From positions 1 to 27,443 of the forward strand of contig JAQGDQ010001734.1 of assembly GCA_030141605.1 (NCBI GenBank): a stretch of DNA of 27,443 nucleotides, read 5' to 3'. The DNA comes from Tubiluchus corallicola. Taxonomy: Eukaryota > Animalia > Priapulida. A model generated the notes under the pieces. It searched no databases, had not been told where the DNA came from, and worked only from the letters and a program-made list of their open reading frames with translations. A program made the translations under genes and the position numbers. Positions 9,754-22,609 of this stretch are shown piece by piece. Each line of letters starts with the position of its first letter. Positions within the stretch are counted from its first letter, which is position 1.

Positions 9754-11020
9754 TTAAAGGATAAGAAACGCTCTTTATTAACAATATTTATTAATAATTA
9801 ATAATAATATTATTAACGTCCTGATATTTAATATCATTTGTTAAACGTAAAGTCATCTGTAAATGGTACTATTCAAGCAGGAATCCAACACACAGGACTC
9901 ACTTAATGAACATAGACGTGGCAAGACCGAAACCCAACTCAGTTGTCACGGAACTCGGCGTTGCCTAATTTTTGTCAGTAAACACACATCGTGACACTTT
10001 ACCAAACGATTTTCCACATTTATGGCTCAGAACTGTTCAGTAAATCAGGAAAAGTCCCAGAAATCTGCACAAGACACGCAAGAACTTCTACACTGTAGTT
10101 CGTATTCGAGTCATGATCTTCTACTTCAATAAAATTAAGTGGAACTATTTATACCAATCTCATCTGGTATTAGTCACTCAGTGTGACTTTCTAAATTAAG
10201 AAATCAGCTACTCAGTGAATTAGTTAGTTGAGTTATGTCATCACAACAGTGTTAGCGCCAATGCATTTGCATGGCTTCATTGCATTAGCTACAATTCTTG
10301 CACATGGCTTCAAAGGTTTCAGCAAAAAAACATATTTGATTAACGAGAAATTTCAGTATAAACGAACATATGAAGTACTAAATTCAACACAAGAGCACAA
10401 ACTGTAACTAAATCTTCAATCAATCGATGAATCGGTCAGTTACTTAGTCAGTGAGTCAGCTAGTCAGTCAAACAGTTAGTCAGTCAGTCAGTTATTCAGT
10501 CATTTAGTTTTGAATGTGAGATAAAAAAGCTAAATTTAAAAATTCAAATAAAGTCATTTAACTGGTTAGTTAGTTAATCAGTCCGTCCGTCCATTAATCA
10601 ATTGGTGCAAAAACTGTAAGCCAAAACTGTAACTGTATTTGAAACAATGTTTACTGGGGCCCTTCATTACCTGTTTTGTAACATCAGAGAAGAAGAAAAT
10701 TGGCAGATTTCACAATTTGGCTATAACGCATGCGCAGTTACTGTAGGTGAAAGGTTAAGTGTAACACAGCAAAGTGTCTTAAACTACAATCGTCACGTGA
10801 CATGTGGGTAAATAATGATGATGATAAATCCTTTATTACGCCTCTATTGCAGGCTCAATACCGATGGGTATTGGTGTGGGTAAAGCAAAGCCGCCTGCTG
10901 CACCGGTTCAGTAACTTCTGTCGTTTTAAATAGTCTTTAAGCATTATGCATTAGTTGTAGAGTGATTTACAAGTAGGATCTTGCCTGGGAACAAGAAAAA
11001 ATGAACTAGGTAAGATTTAC

Positions 11021-11117
11021 CTGACAAATCTTCATCATTGTCAAGTGTGTAAGAAAAGGTATCTCCTAGTAGAACCACCAGCATCACTGTGAAGACTGCA
11101 ACCTGCCCAGGAGACAT
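11021..11117 (-). CDS. First coding exon of a secreted or membrane protein (signal peptide MSPGQVAVFTVMLVVLLGDTFS|YTLDNDEDLS); the exon spans 11021-11125
   Basis: Minus strand: ctacttttttccag|TGTCCACG-ATG...TTGTCAG|gtaaat. The ATG has A at -3, followed by a hydrophobic core and a small-residue cleavage-like site (T-F-S). A phase-1 intron follows, which is typical of signal-peptide exons. No family recognised. Confidence 0.65.
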
Positions 11118-11614
11118 CGTGGACACTGGAAAAAAGTAGATAAGATGCTAATTAAATTGTTGGTGCTCGACGCTGTGCTTGGCCGACCTAAAATGTTTCT
11201 CCAAGCAACAGTACAGCAGTTTTAGACTAGTTAAGGCTGTAATTATCACTGTCGGCTGTTATTGCTGTCGCTGCTGCTACTAGTGATGATGATGATGTTG
11301 CTTCTGCTGCTATCATTACTGTTATAGTAATTATTATTGTTGTTGTTGTTGTTGTTGTTGTCGCTGCTGCTACTAATGGTGTTGATGGTGATGACGAAGA
11401 CGGCGACGACGAGAATAAAGGCACAGCACTTTGACCGCTATTACGGTGTCAGAAATCAGTAAAAGTCAGAAAAAAGTAAAAAATCAAGCCTGTATGCGAA
11501 CCTACAACCCACGAGACAGAGATGAACAAACAATTGTTCATGTACATTTTTATGTTATTTACGTGCTTTTTTACTTTTTAGTATTTCTTTATCTGACGTT
11601 TGTCCTAAATAATA

Positions 11615-12437
11615 TAATGTAATGTAATGTAATGTAGTGTAACGTAATGTAATTTAATGTAATGTAATGTACTGTAGTGTAATGTAATGTAATGTAATGT
11701 AAAATAACACATTGTAAATCCACTATAAATAAATAAAGTTTAAACTAACTAAAATAATCTAGCATAACGTAACGTAAAATAACATAGCATAACATAAAGT
11801 AAAATAACATAACATAACCATAACATAACATAACATAACATAACATAACATAACATAACATAACATAACATAACATAACATAACATAACATAACATAACA
11901 TAACATAACATAACATAACATAACATAACATAACATAACATAACATAACATAACATAACATAACATAACATAACATAACATAACATAACATAACATAACA
12001 TAACATAACATAACATAACATAACTTAACATCATAACGTAACTTAACATGACATACGTAACGTGACATAAAATAACGTAACATAACGTAAAATAACATAA
12101 CATGACATCACATAACATAACGTAAAATAACATAACATGACATGACATGACATAACATGACATGACATGACATAACATAACTTGACATCATAACGTAGTA
12201 TAACGTAACTTAACATAACATAACGTAACGTAACATAACATGACACAACACAACATAACATAACATAACATAACATAACATAACATAACATAACATAACA
12301 TAACATAACATAACATAACATAACATAACATAACATAACATAACATAACATAACATAACATAACATAACATAACATAACATAACGTAACTTAACGTAAAA
12401 TAACATAACATAACATAACGTAACGTAACATAACATA
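11615..12437. repeat. Pentanucleotide microsatellites (GTAAT)n at 11615-11702 and (CATAA)n at 11762-12437
   Basis: Read directly; source of the MLCYV pseudo-ORFs. Confidence 0.95.
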
Positions 12438-12862
12438 ATAATGTAATAAATGTAGATGCATCCGAAGACTATAGCTGTAGGTGAGAATTTCTGATAAAGA
12501 CATTATAATTATAACACAATAAAATGGCTTCTATACATTGCAAACTAAATAACATTGCATATTCTCAATATGTATTCGTTTAGTGAATCATCTCCCTAGA
12601 TCACAGTTGCACAATTAAGAACCTACGCCCAACACTGCGAGTCAATTAAGCAAGCCTACGCCGTGATAATTATGCACCTCTACTAACCGCATGTTTTCAA
12701 GTCTATTATGTTGCATTCGAGCATTCAGTGAGAGCACTGGATGTCTTCCCACGAACGATCAAAAGCAAAAGAAGCCAGCGCTCTAAACTGAATCTCTCGT
12801 TTCGTCAAGACAAAAAGAAGCCACAAAGAATTTGACGCGAAAAATTATAAATTAATGAGCGT

Positions 12863-15344
12863 TTGTACGTCTCTGGTGAATACAGACAGTTGAGATGAGA
12901 CGCCTTGTATTTCATGTGGGATGTAAAACAGACAGGAGAAACTTGTACGTCTCTGGTGAATACAGACAGCTTGGATGAGATGCCTTGTATTTCATGTGGG
13001 ATGCAAAACAGACAGGAGAAACTTGTACGTCTCTGGTGAATGCAGACAGTTGAGATGAGATGCCTTGTATTTCATGTGGGATGTAAAACAGACAGGAGAA
13101 ACTTGTACGTCTCTGGTGAATACAGACAGCTTGGATGAGATGCCTTGTATTTCATGTGGGATGCAAAACAGACAGGAGAAACTTGTACGTCTCTGGTGAA
13201 TACAGACAGCTGAGATGAGATGCCTTGTATTTCATGTGGGATGCAAAACAGACAGGAGAAACTTGTACGTCTCTGGTGAATGCAGACAGTTGAGATGAGA
13301 CGCCTTGTATTTCATGTGGGATGCAAAACAGACAGGAGAAACTTGTACGTCTCTGGTGAATACAGACAGCTTAGATGAGAGGCCTTGTATTTCATGTGGG
13401 ATGCAAAACAGACAGGAGAAACTTGTACGTCTCTGGTGAATGCAGACAGTTGAGATGAGACGCCTTGTATTTCATGTGGGATGCAAAACAGACAGGAGAA
13501 ACTTGTACGTCTCTGGTGAATACAGACAGTTGAGATGAGATGCCTTGTATTTCATGTGGGATGCAAAACAGACAGGAGAAACTTGTACGTCTCTGGTGAA
13601 TACAGACAGTTGAGATGAGATGCCTTGTATTTCATGTGGGATGCAAAACAGACAGGAGAAACCTGTACGTCTCTGGTGAATACAGACAGCTTGGATGAGA
13701 TGCCTTGTATTTCATGTGGGATGCAAAACAGACAGGAGAAACTTGTACGTCTCTGGTGAATACAGACAGCTTGGATGAGATGCCTTGTATTTCATGTGGG
13801 ATGCAAAACAGACAAGAGAAACTTGTACGTCTCTGGTGAATACAGACAGTTGAGATGAGATGCCTTGTATTTCATGTGGGATGTAAAACAGACAGGAGAA
13901 ACTTGTACGTCTCTGGTGAATACAGACAGCTTGGATGAGATGCCTTGTATTTCATGTGGGATGCAAAACAGACAAGAGAAACTTGTACGTCTCTGGTGAA
14001 TACAGACAGTTGAGATGAGATGCCTTGTATTTCATGTGGGATGTAAAACAGACAGGAGAAACTTGTACGTCTCTGGTGAATACAGACAGCTTGGATGAGA
14101 TGCCTTGTATTTCATGTGGGATGCAAAACAGACAGGAGAAACTTGTACGTCTCTGGTGAATACAGACAGCTTAGATGAGATGCCTTGTATTTCATGTGGG
14201 ATGCAAAACAGACAGGAGAAACTTGTACGTCTCTGGTGAATACAGACAGTTGAGATGAGACGCCTTGTATTTCATGTGGGATGCAAAACAGACAGGAGAA
14301 ACTTGTACGTCTCTGGTGAATGCAGACAGTTGAGATGAGATGCCTTGTATTTCATGTGGGATGCAAAACAGACAGGAGAAACTTGTACGTCTCTGGTGAA
14401 TACAAACAGTTGAGATGAGATGCCTTGTATTTCATGTGGGATGCAAAACAGACAGGAGAAACTTGTACGTCTCTGGTGAATACAGACAGCTTAGATGAGA
14501 TGCCTTGTATTTCATGTGGGATGCAAAACAGACAAGAGAAACTTGTACGTCTCTGGTGAATACAGACAGTTGAAATGAGATGCCTTGTATTTCATGTGGG
14601 ATGCAAAACAGACAGGAGAAACTTGTACGTCTCTGGTGAATGCAGACAGCTTAGATGAGAGGCCTTGTATTTCTTGTGGGATGCAAAACAGACAGGAGAA
14701 ACTTGTACGTCTCTGGTGAATACAGACAGTTGAGATGAGATGCCTTGTATTTCTTGTGGGATGCAAAACAGACAGGAGAAACTTGTACGTCTCTGGTGAA
14801 TACAGACAGTTGAGATGAGACGCCTTGTATTTCATGTGGGATGCAAAACAGACAGGAGAAACTTGTACGTCTCTGGTGAATACAGACAGCTTAGATGAGA
14901 GGCCTTGTATTTCATGTGGGATGCAAAACAGACAGGAGAAACTTGTACGTCTCTGGTGAATACAGACAGTTGAGATGAGACGCCTTGTATTTCATGTGGG
15001 ATGCAAAACAGACAGGAGAAACTTGTACGTCTCTGGTGAATACAGACAGTTGAGATGAGACGCCTTGTATTTCATGTGGGATGTAAAACAGACAGGAGAA
15101 ACTTGTACGTCTCTGGTGAATACAGACAGCTTAGATGAGAGGCCTTGTATTTCATGTGGGATGCAAAACAGACAGGAGAAACTTGTACGTCTCTGGTGAA
15201 TACAGACAGTTGAGATGAGACGCCTTGTATTTCATGTGGGATGTAAAACAGACAGGAGAAACTTGTACGTCTCTGGTGAATACAGACAGCTTAGATGAGA
15301 GGCCTTGTATTTCATGTGGGATGCAAAACAGACAGGAGAAACTT
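12863..15344. repeat. 80-bp tandem array, 31 copies
   Basis: ACTTGTACGTCTCTGGTGAA recurs exactly every 80 bp (12941, 13021 ... 15261) with no shift in register. Confidence 0.98.
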
Positions 15345-15408
15345 CACTGAAACGGTTTCTTTCATTTGTTTTGCTTTATGGCATTGATTTGGTGTGTGTT
15401 TACTTTAA

Positions 15409-15433
15409 AGGAAAGATCAAGCCTTCTAGGAAG
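15409..15433 (+). mobile_element. Isolated left terminus of Kolobok-like family A
   Basis: TTAA|AGGAAAGATCAAGCCTTCTAGGAAG matches the reverse complements of the termini at 19899-19923 and 25891-25918, then runs into a microsatellite. Confidence 0.55.
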
Positions 15434-15590
15434 TTACTACTGCTGTTACTACTGCTGTTACTGCTATTACTGCTGCTACTGCTGTTGCTGCTGTTATTGC
15501 TGTTGCTACTGCTGCTACTGCTGCTGCTGTTGCTGTTACTGCTACTGCTGTTGCTGCTGTTACTGCTACTGCTGCTTCTGCTGCTTCTGC

Positions 15591-15622
<32 letters not shown>

Positions 15623-16039
15623 CTGCTGCTGTTGCTGCTGTTGCTGTTACTGCTGCTGCTGCTGTTGCTGCTGTTGCTGCTGTTATTGCTACTGCTGCTG
15701 CTGCTGCTGTTGCTGCTGCTGTTACTGCTACTGCTGCTGCTGCTGCTGTTACTGCGGCTGCTACTGTTGTTGCTGCTGGTGCTGCTGCTGCTGCTGTTGC
15801 TGCTACTGTTGCTACTGCTGCTGCTGTTGCTGCTCTTACTGCTACTGCTATTGCTTTTACTGCTACTGCTGCTTCTGCTGCTGTTGCTGTTGCTGCTGCT
15901 GCTGCTGTTGCTGTTACTGCTACTGCTGCTGCTGTTGCTGCTACTGTTGCTACTGCTGCTGCTGTTGCTGCTCTTACTGCCACTGCTATTGCTTTTGCTG
16001 CTGCTGCTGCTGCTGTTACTGCTACTGCTACTGCTACTG

Positions 16040-16094
<55 letters not shown>

Positions 16095-16150
16095 TACTGT
16101 TACTGCTGCTGCTGCTGCTGTTACTGCGGCTGCTGCTCCTGTTCCTGCTG
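15433..16150. repeat. Degenerate (CTG/CTA/TTG)n microsatellite
   Basis: Read directly; source of the poly-L, poly-C, poly-S and poly-A pseudo-ORFs. Confidence 0.95.
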
Positions 16151-16457
16151 TATTTTCGATTCTCCAATTACGACAAATGTTGAACTAACCTATTCGATTG
16201 AGCAAGATAATAAATCTTCTTAAGTAAACCGTATCAACGTGAAGAGACTATTATGTTCAGAGCTTAGACAGCATAGCAGTACGCACGTCCCATCTCATGT
16301 TTAGTAATTGCCTTAACGCATATAGACAAGCTCTCTGTAATTATACGGATGTGGAGTCCAATCATGTCAATTGATTTTGTCAGATGAATTAATTCAATAA
16401 CAAACAGTGAACAGGCAGTGAAAGTTTGTCTGTTATCAGCTAATATAAACTGTCTTC

Positions 16458-16925
16458 GTTTCTGTTTCTACACATTTGCATATTTAAATTTTCTTCACAT
16501 GGCGATCGAGTCGAGGTTTTCTAGAGGTCGCAGAGTGTTGCTGTTGTTGATGTTGATGATGATGATGATGATGATGACGTTGTTGTTGCTGCTGCTGCTG
16601 TTTCTGTTTCTACACATTTGCATATTTAAATTTTCTTCACGTGGCGATCGAGGTTTTCTAGATAGTCGTTGTAACTGCTGCTGAGGTTGCAGAGTGTTGT
16701 TGTTGTTGTTGTTGTTGTTGTTGCTGTTGCTGTTGTTGCTGTTGTTGTTGTTGTTGTCGTCGTCGTCGTCGTCGTCGTCGTCGTTGTTGTTGTTGTTGTT
16801 GTTGTTGTTGCTGCTGCTGCTGCTGCTGCTGTTTCTGTTTCTACACATTTGCATATTTAAATTTTCTTCACGTGGCGAGCGAGGTTTTCTAGATAGTCGT
16901 TGTAACTGCTGCTGAGGTTGCAGAG

Positions 16926-16979
<54 letters not shown>
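16458..16979. repeat. Composite tandem repeat: constant block of about 80-95 bp plus variable trinucleotide tracts, 3 units
   Basis: GTTTCTGTTTCTACACATTTGCATATTTAAATTTTCTTCAC starts at 16458, 16600 and 16831, separated by GTT/GAT/GTC/GCT runs. Confidence 0.92.
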
Positions 16980-17939
16980 GATAGCGCTAGTGATGTAGAG
17001 TTGTATTGTTATTCATTTACAATGTGACGCTTTTTTCTACCATAATATCACCTATATATACCTACGTTTGACAAAACATCTGCTAGAGACTAATGTGATT
17101 TTACGTTAAACAGGAATTCGTAGTGGCTCCACCTAGGCTACAAAATAACATTAAGTTGCTGCTGAATAACTTTAAACGAGAACAGTATGATTAATTCTAA
17201 AATGGCAACCGAGTCACGACTTCCCGTTTTCTCTTAAAAAAGAAAAAAATTCCTGTAGTTGATTAATTATCGTTTTATTATAACGCGCAGAGACTGTGGC
17301 AATAAAAATTCAAATTTATAGAAGCCATTGGAAGTTTTATGTGATTAAGATGGAAGGCAGGACAGTGTTAAGAGGCTTCTGAACGTCTCAGTATATAATT
17401 CAGCATGCCAGGAGAGGCATTAGACGCACATTATGCTAGAGATTGTGCAGCTATGTTATTCCTGATACAGCAGTGTGTTTTATTAAAGGAAAACAACCCG
17501 GATGCGTTCTGTCAATATTTTAACGTTGTTTCTGGCGAATACTAGTAATTCTTTTCCCAACACTTTTGTATAGATGCAATTAGTGCATTTAGTGACGCAT
17601 TTAGTAACTCGTTCAACACGCAAACTCTCTTGAAGAAAAGTGTAAGATGAGGTGCAAAAAGACAATTTTGATTTTTTTTTATTTTCGTTTCATTACGCTT
17701 TGTGGTTATCTTCGAAGAGCATTATTTTTTATTGATAACACCTAGGGCAACATTGGGATTTCAAATTTAAAAATTTGAAAGCAAGGTAAAACAATGCAAC
17801 GTAATGCAAGAAATAAAAAGAATGGCAAATTGAAGAAAAACTAGATAATAACGAGAACAAACAAATGAGACGTGTGCGCGAGATTGCCATCAACTGATTT
17901 TATTATTAAGGTTATTTATAGCATTCTTTCATATTTTCC

Positions 17940-18450
17940 TTTTTCATCCTACCCCATTTTTCAGTACAGTAAAAAGTATGCATTTTAACGCTTATAATAA
18001 TGCCAAACAATTCTGGTACTTAAATAATAGATTAAAAACGTGATTAACGGCGGGCGAGCTCAACTGTTGATGACGTCACAAATTAACGTAATTTTCAACG
18101 ACAAAAATATTCCACGAGCGTGTTGCACGTGTTTGAGAATGAAAAATTGAAGTACAGTGCAACTGGGAGATATTCACTGTGTTGTACTAAAACTAGGGAA
18201 GGTTTAAGATAGAAATTCAAATTTCGAATTTACTGCTGCGCCCACGCATGAGCTGTCAAACGTGTGTAGTTCGTTACAAACTAACACATCTTAACTGAGA
18301 GGTAAAAACTTAATGGCAGACCAGTCCAGCTAGTGATGACATCACAAACGAACATAATGTTCAACTGCCAGAATATTCTACGAGGGTGTTGCACGTGTTT
18401 GCAAATGTGAAAATTGAAGTACCGTGCTACTGTGAGATATTCAGTGTGTT
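17940..18450. mobile_element. Dispersed repeat family B, copy 2 (inverted relative to copy 1), with a partial internal repeat at 18335-18450
   Basis: Aligns by eye to the reverse complement of 9375-9735. GTGTTGCACGTGTTTG...AAAATTGAAGTAC occurs near 18120 and again near 18386. Confidence 0.75.
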
Positions 18451-19629
18451 ATACAAAAAGTCATTTGACTGTTTATAGTTCAGACTGTTTTGACTGCACT
18501 ATATTAGGTGAATAAAACAGAATTTAAGTAGTTTGGCAAATTGCCAAAAAAAAATTGGGGATTAAATGATAAACCTGCTTTCTGGGTTAGTAGTACTTTT
18601 ATTATCACAGTTAGTATGTCGCGAAGTTCGTCTCATAATTACTTCGCGTTTGATTAACTTGACTTGTGAATATTACTTTGTTTCTCTTCTTGCTCATCTC
18701 TCATTCATGATTTTTTCATCTCATTCCCTCCTTTTTTAGGCTTGCTATAACATTGAAATAGCTTAAATTTCCCTCTAATCTTACTGTACTTATTTGCTTC
18801 TGAATGACCGTTTACATTAATAGTGTTCTAGTTTTCTGTATTAAAGCTGTGTAAGACAGGTCTACTTTGAACATTTAGACCTGTGGGCTAGCCAAGTTTA
18901 TTGTTCCGCTGTGTTTTAGTATAGTGTTATTTCAGTATTGATAATTATTATGTTATTTGATTCTGTCATTGTACCTGCTAGTATAGTTATTATAATATAA
19001 TTCCTCGTGACCTGTTAATGATTGTGTTGTTTGATTCTTTGATTGTAAAAGCTAACAGGGTTAATAATTGTGGGCAAAGTTTAATTCAGTAACAGCTCTC
19101 CCACCTATTTCCTTGCCCACACTATAAATCATTACAATGAATTTCACAAAGAAGCAAAGGGCAGCTGTGATTATTATATCTAATCGATAGCAATATTTTC
19201 AATCACAATTATCAGTAACCTTTGAAATCAGATGAGCTTCTGAATGGAATTCTTACACATGGAAACAATGTTATATTTTTTCTCATTTCAATGTTCTAGC
19301 ACAGTCGAACAACATGGTTTTCCTGAATACAAGCTACATGAATTTACTGTGCATTGCAAAACCCGTTGCCAGCGTTTTGTTGGTGTTTAGCTGACAGTGT
19401 GGAGATTTTCCTAGAATAGGAAATTTCCTGAAATTTTACAATTTTGTGGTTAATCTAGAAACTACCGAAGTCTTACTTCCGGTTGTGCTTCCGGCCAGGC
19501 TACCGCGGATAAAAACTGAATATTATTTGGTAAATTTCTCAAAGAACAAAGTTTTGCTGTTTGTGACTCAGTCCTCTGCCACCAGGGTTGTAACTTCGGG
19601 TGAGAACATTTTTGCTTTCAGTAACCACT

Positions 19630-19919
19630 TCAAACTTCTGCAGTCTTCTACCTAATCTTCTCGCAAATACATTACAAAATTACCCGTTTAATTTTTTGTA
19701 AAACTTGTTACACTTTTGATGGAAATTCGCGCCGCTTTTCTGCAGTCGATGAATGACGTCATTGGTGGAAGAAACGGGAACTCCAAAGAGTGAAATGATC
19801 GCGACTTCATAGTGACTTTACAAATCACACGAGGCGCTTATTGCAGTTTTATTACAAAATCCTTATAGCATTTTTTCGAGTCGAACACTGAAACGAGTCT
19901 AGAAGGCTTGACTTTTCCT
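19630..19919 (-). mobile_element. Kolobok-like family A, partial copy
   Basis: CAGTCGATGAATGACGTCATTGGTGGAAGAA...GTGAAATGATCGCGA is the reverse complement of about 4850-4924. It ends GGCTTGACTTTTCCT|TTAA. The left boundary is approximate. Confidence 0.75.
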
Positions 19920-20790
19920 TTAAATAACAAAGTCAGGATTATTGTTATTACTCTTAGTAGCTGGAGGCTGAGACTCTCTCTTCATGGTGGCTCACAGTTA
20001 TATTATTGTGCCAACATCACATTTACATGATGCTTTCATAACCTGGGATGATGTAAAACCTGATTGTTGCCGTCAGCATCTTCCGAGATGCCCTATTTCA
20101 TGAACAGCATACAAACTAGGTATTTTCATTAGCCAACTGTTTTGTTATTAAAGGTCCAACATCTAGGCCAGCGAGGCTAATGGGAACTATAATGAGTCTT
20201 TTACTTCATTGTTGTGACAGACAATCATTTGTTCGTTTAATTACGGGTGTTTGTTTGTCTGTCCGCCCACTACCCACCCCTCACAGCAAACCTAATGGTA
20301 GTCTATTGTTGCCAAGTTTATTTCTTCACTGCTCGTTCACCGGCCCGTTAATTCATCTTTCTATTCTTTCACTCATTTATTTATCACTTTATTCAGTCTT
20401 TACTTTCTTTGCTCATTCACTCTATCATTTAATAATTCAACTTTTGTTTGTTACTTCCTTATTATATAAACCGTACTTTCTTCTGTACAAGGCGGCGGCG
20501 TTTGTAATGGCGCCATCTAATGTCAAATCACTTTAGCAAGTGAAGAGCATTAGGCTTTAAATTTTGTAATTAACAAGTCGTGTCACGCCAGGCCACCAGT
20601 GGCACAACTAATACATTACACGTGAATTCTAAAGGTCACGAGTTCGATTGCAAGCTCGAATAATCTAGGATTTACGTTTCTACTCTGAATTTTTCGTTTT
20701 TAACCTTTTAAAAAAATCAGACATCTTTCAAACCAAAGACTTTAAAAATAGTCAGATAAACTAAAAAAGAAATTCGTTACATATAAACAT

Positions 20791-21512
20791 GAATTCACGT
20801 GTAAACAATGTTGAAAGAATAGAATTCACGCGTAAACATTATTGAAACAATAGAATTCACGTATAAACAATGTTGAAACAATAGAACTCACGTGTAAATA
20901 ATCTTGAAACAATAGAATTCACGTATAAACAATATTGAAAACAATAGAATTCACGTGTAAATAATGTTGAAACAATAGAATTCACGTGTAAACAATACTG
21001 AAAACAATAGAATTCACGTGTGAATAATATTGAAAACAATAGAATTCACGTGTAAACAATATTGAAAACAATAGAATTCACGTGTAAATAATGTTGAAAC
21101 AATAGAATTCACGTGTAAATAATGTTGAGACAATAGAATTCACGTGTAAACAATACTGAAAACAATAGAATTCACGTGTAAACAATACTGAAAACAATAG
21201 AATTCACGTGTAAATATAATTGAAAACAATGGAATTCACGTGTAAACAATATTGAAAACAATAGAATTCACGTGTAAATAATGTTGAAACAATAGAATTC
21301 ACGTGTAAATAATGTTGAAACAATAGAATTCACGTGTAAACAATGTTGAAACGATAGAATTCACGTGTAAATAATGCTGAAACAATAGAATTCGCGTGTA
21401 AACATTGTTGAAACAATAGAATTCGCGTGTGAACAATACTGAAAACGATAGAATTCACGTGCAAACAATGTTGAAACAATAGAATTCACGCATAAACAAT
21501 ATTGAAACAATA
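20791..21512. repeat. 31-32-bp minisatellite, about 23 copies
   Basis: Unit AATAGAATTCACGTGTAAACAATRTTGAAA(A)C. Confidence 0.96.
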
Positions 21513-22139
21513 TTGCTCATTTACACAATACGTTTTTGAAATTGATAATTTTTAATTAATCGGCTGAGACAATTTTTTTAACTATTACTTTTTTAACATT
21601 GTACATGTTGCATTTACTACATTATGACCTAGTCTGTATTGTGCAGTCATGTTTTCTTATTTTCAATGGTATGATACTATAGGCTTACTAATCCATGTTA
21701 ACTTTAAATGTAAATCTGCCATGTTATTTTTGTATTCTATACTGGGAAGAATCTCTGTATCAGTAGTGATCAACTGCTTGATTTAAGCCAAATAAAACTA
21801 TGTTTAAAATAAAAAAATTCAAGCTGTACATAGTCACAACCATTTCGTCTTAAATTTCTAATCAGTTTTAACAATTGCTGGTTTGAACCTTTAGCATTAA
21901 AGCAAATTAAAAGCGAATTGATTGAAAAATAGATTTAAATTGTTTGAACTATCGAGTTGCATGTACAACTAGATGGTCTACAAAAATCGCTAATCATTGA
22001 CTCTTGCAGTAAATACATGCAGCATTTTATTGCACTAATACTTATCAGAGCGAAGTCTTCATAAGTACCTGTGGTGTGCTAACTCTCATGGCTTGTTTCT
22101 GCATTTATGTTTGCCTTCTTCTCTGAATAAGTACTTCTG

Positions 22140-22306
22140 TGAATGCATGAATGAACGAATTATTGAGTGAACGAACGAACGAACGAACGAACGAATAACT
22201 GAATGAATGAATGAATGAATGAATGAATGAATGAATGAATGAATGAATGAATGAATGAATGAATGAATGAATGAATGAATGAATGAATGAATGAACGAAC
22301 GAACGA
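22140..22306. repeat. (GAAT/GAAC)n microsatellite
   Basis: Read directly. Confidence 0.95.
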
Positions 22307-22309
22307 GCG

Positions 22310-22609
22310 AATTTTGTAATGTTGCTGTCTGAACATTGCGCAAGCTGCAGAAGTTAAAATTAGTTTAAGCGGTGCGCGTTTACGGAAAGCCACGAAGCGT
22401 TTACGGAAAGCCACGAAGTCTCCCAGCTACGTAATAATTTTCAAGTGAATGGCGGCAACCACCTCGCCTGAAAAATTCTATTCATAGGTAGTAAATTTTA
22501 AATTTATGCTTTATAGGCAGTTCTTTGCAAATTTCTTTCTTATATTTTTCTAAGTTTCAAGTGATAACAGTAAAATAAACCCAACATTCTGAGTGACACG
22601 TTCTTTCCT
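22310..22609 (+). mobile_element. Kolobok-like family A, right-half copy
   Basis: TAATTTTCAAGTGAATGGCGGCAACCACCTCGCCTGAAAA matches TAATCTTCAAGTAAATGGCAGCTACCACCACGCCTGAAAA near 5086-5125. It ends TTCTTTCCT|TTCA, a decayed terminus and TSD. Confidence 0.75.

Noticed and set aside
11745-16915. MLCYV-repeat, poly-L/C/S/A and 80-bp-array ORFs
   Set aside because: Translations of simple or tandem repeats with no protein-like complexity or splice support.
19476-19570. Tandem ETS-like CTTCCGG motifs and an AP-1 site TGACTCA
   Set aside because: Short motifs next to a transposon remnant, with no other evidence of a promoter.
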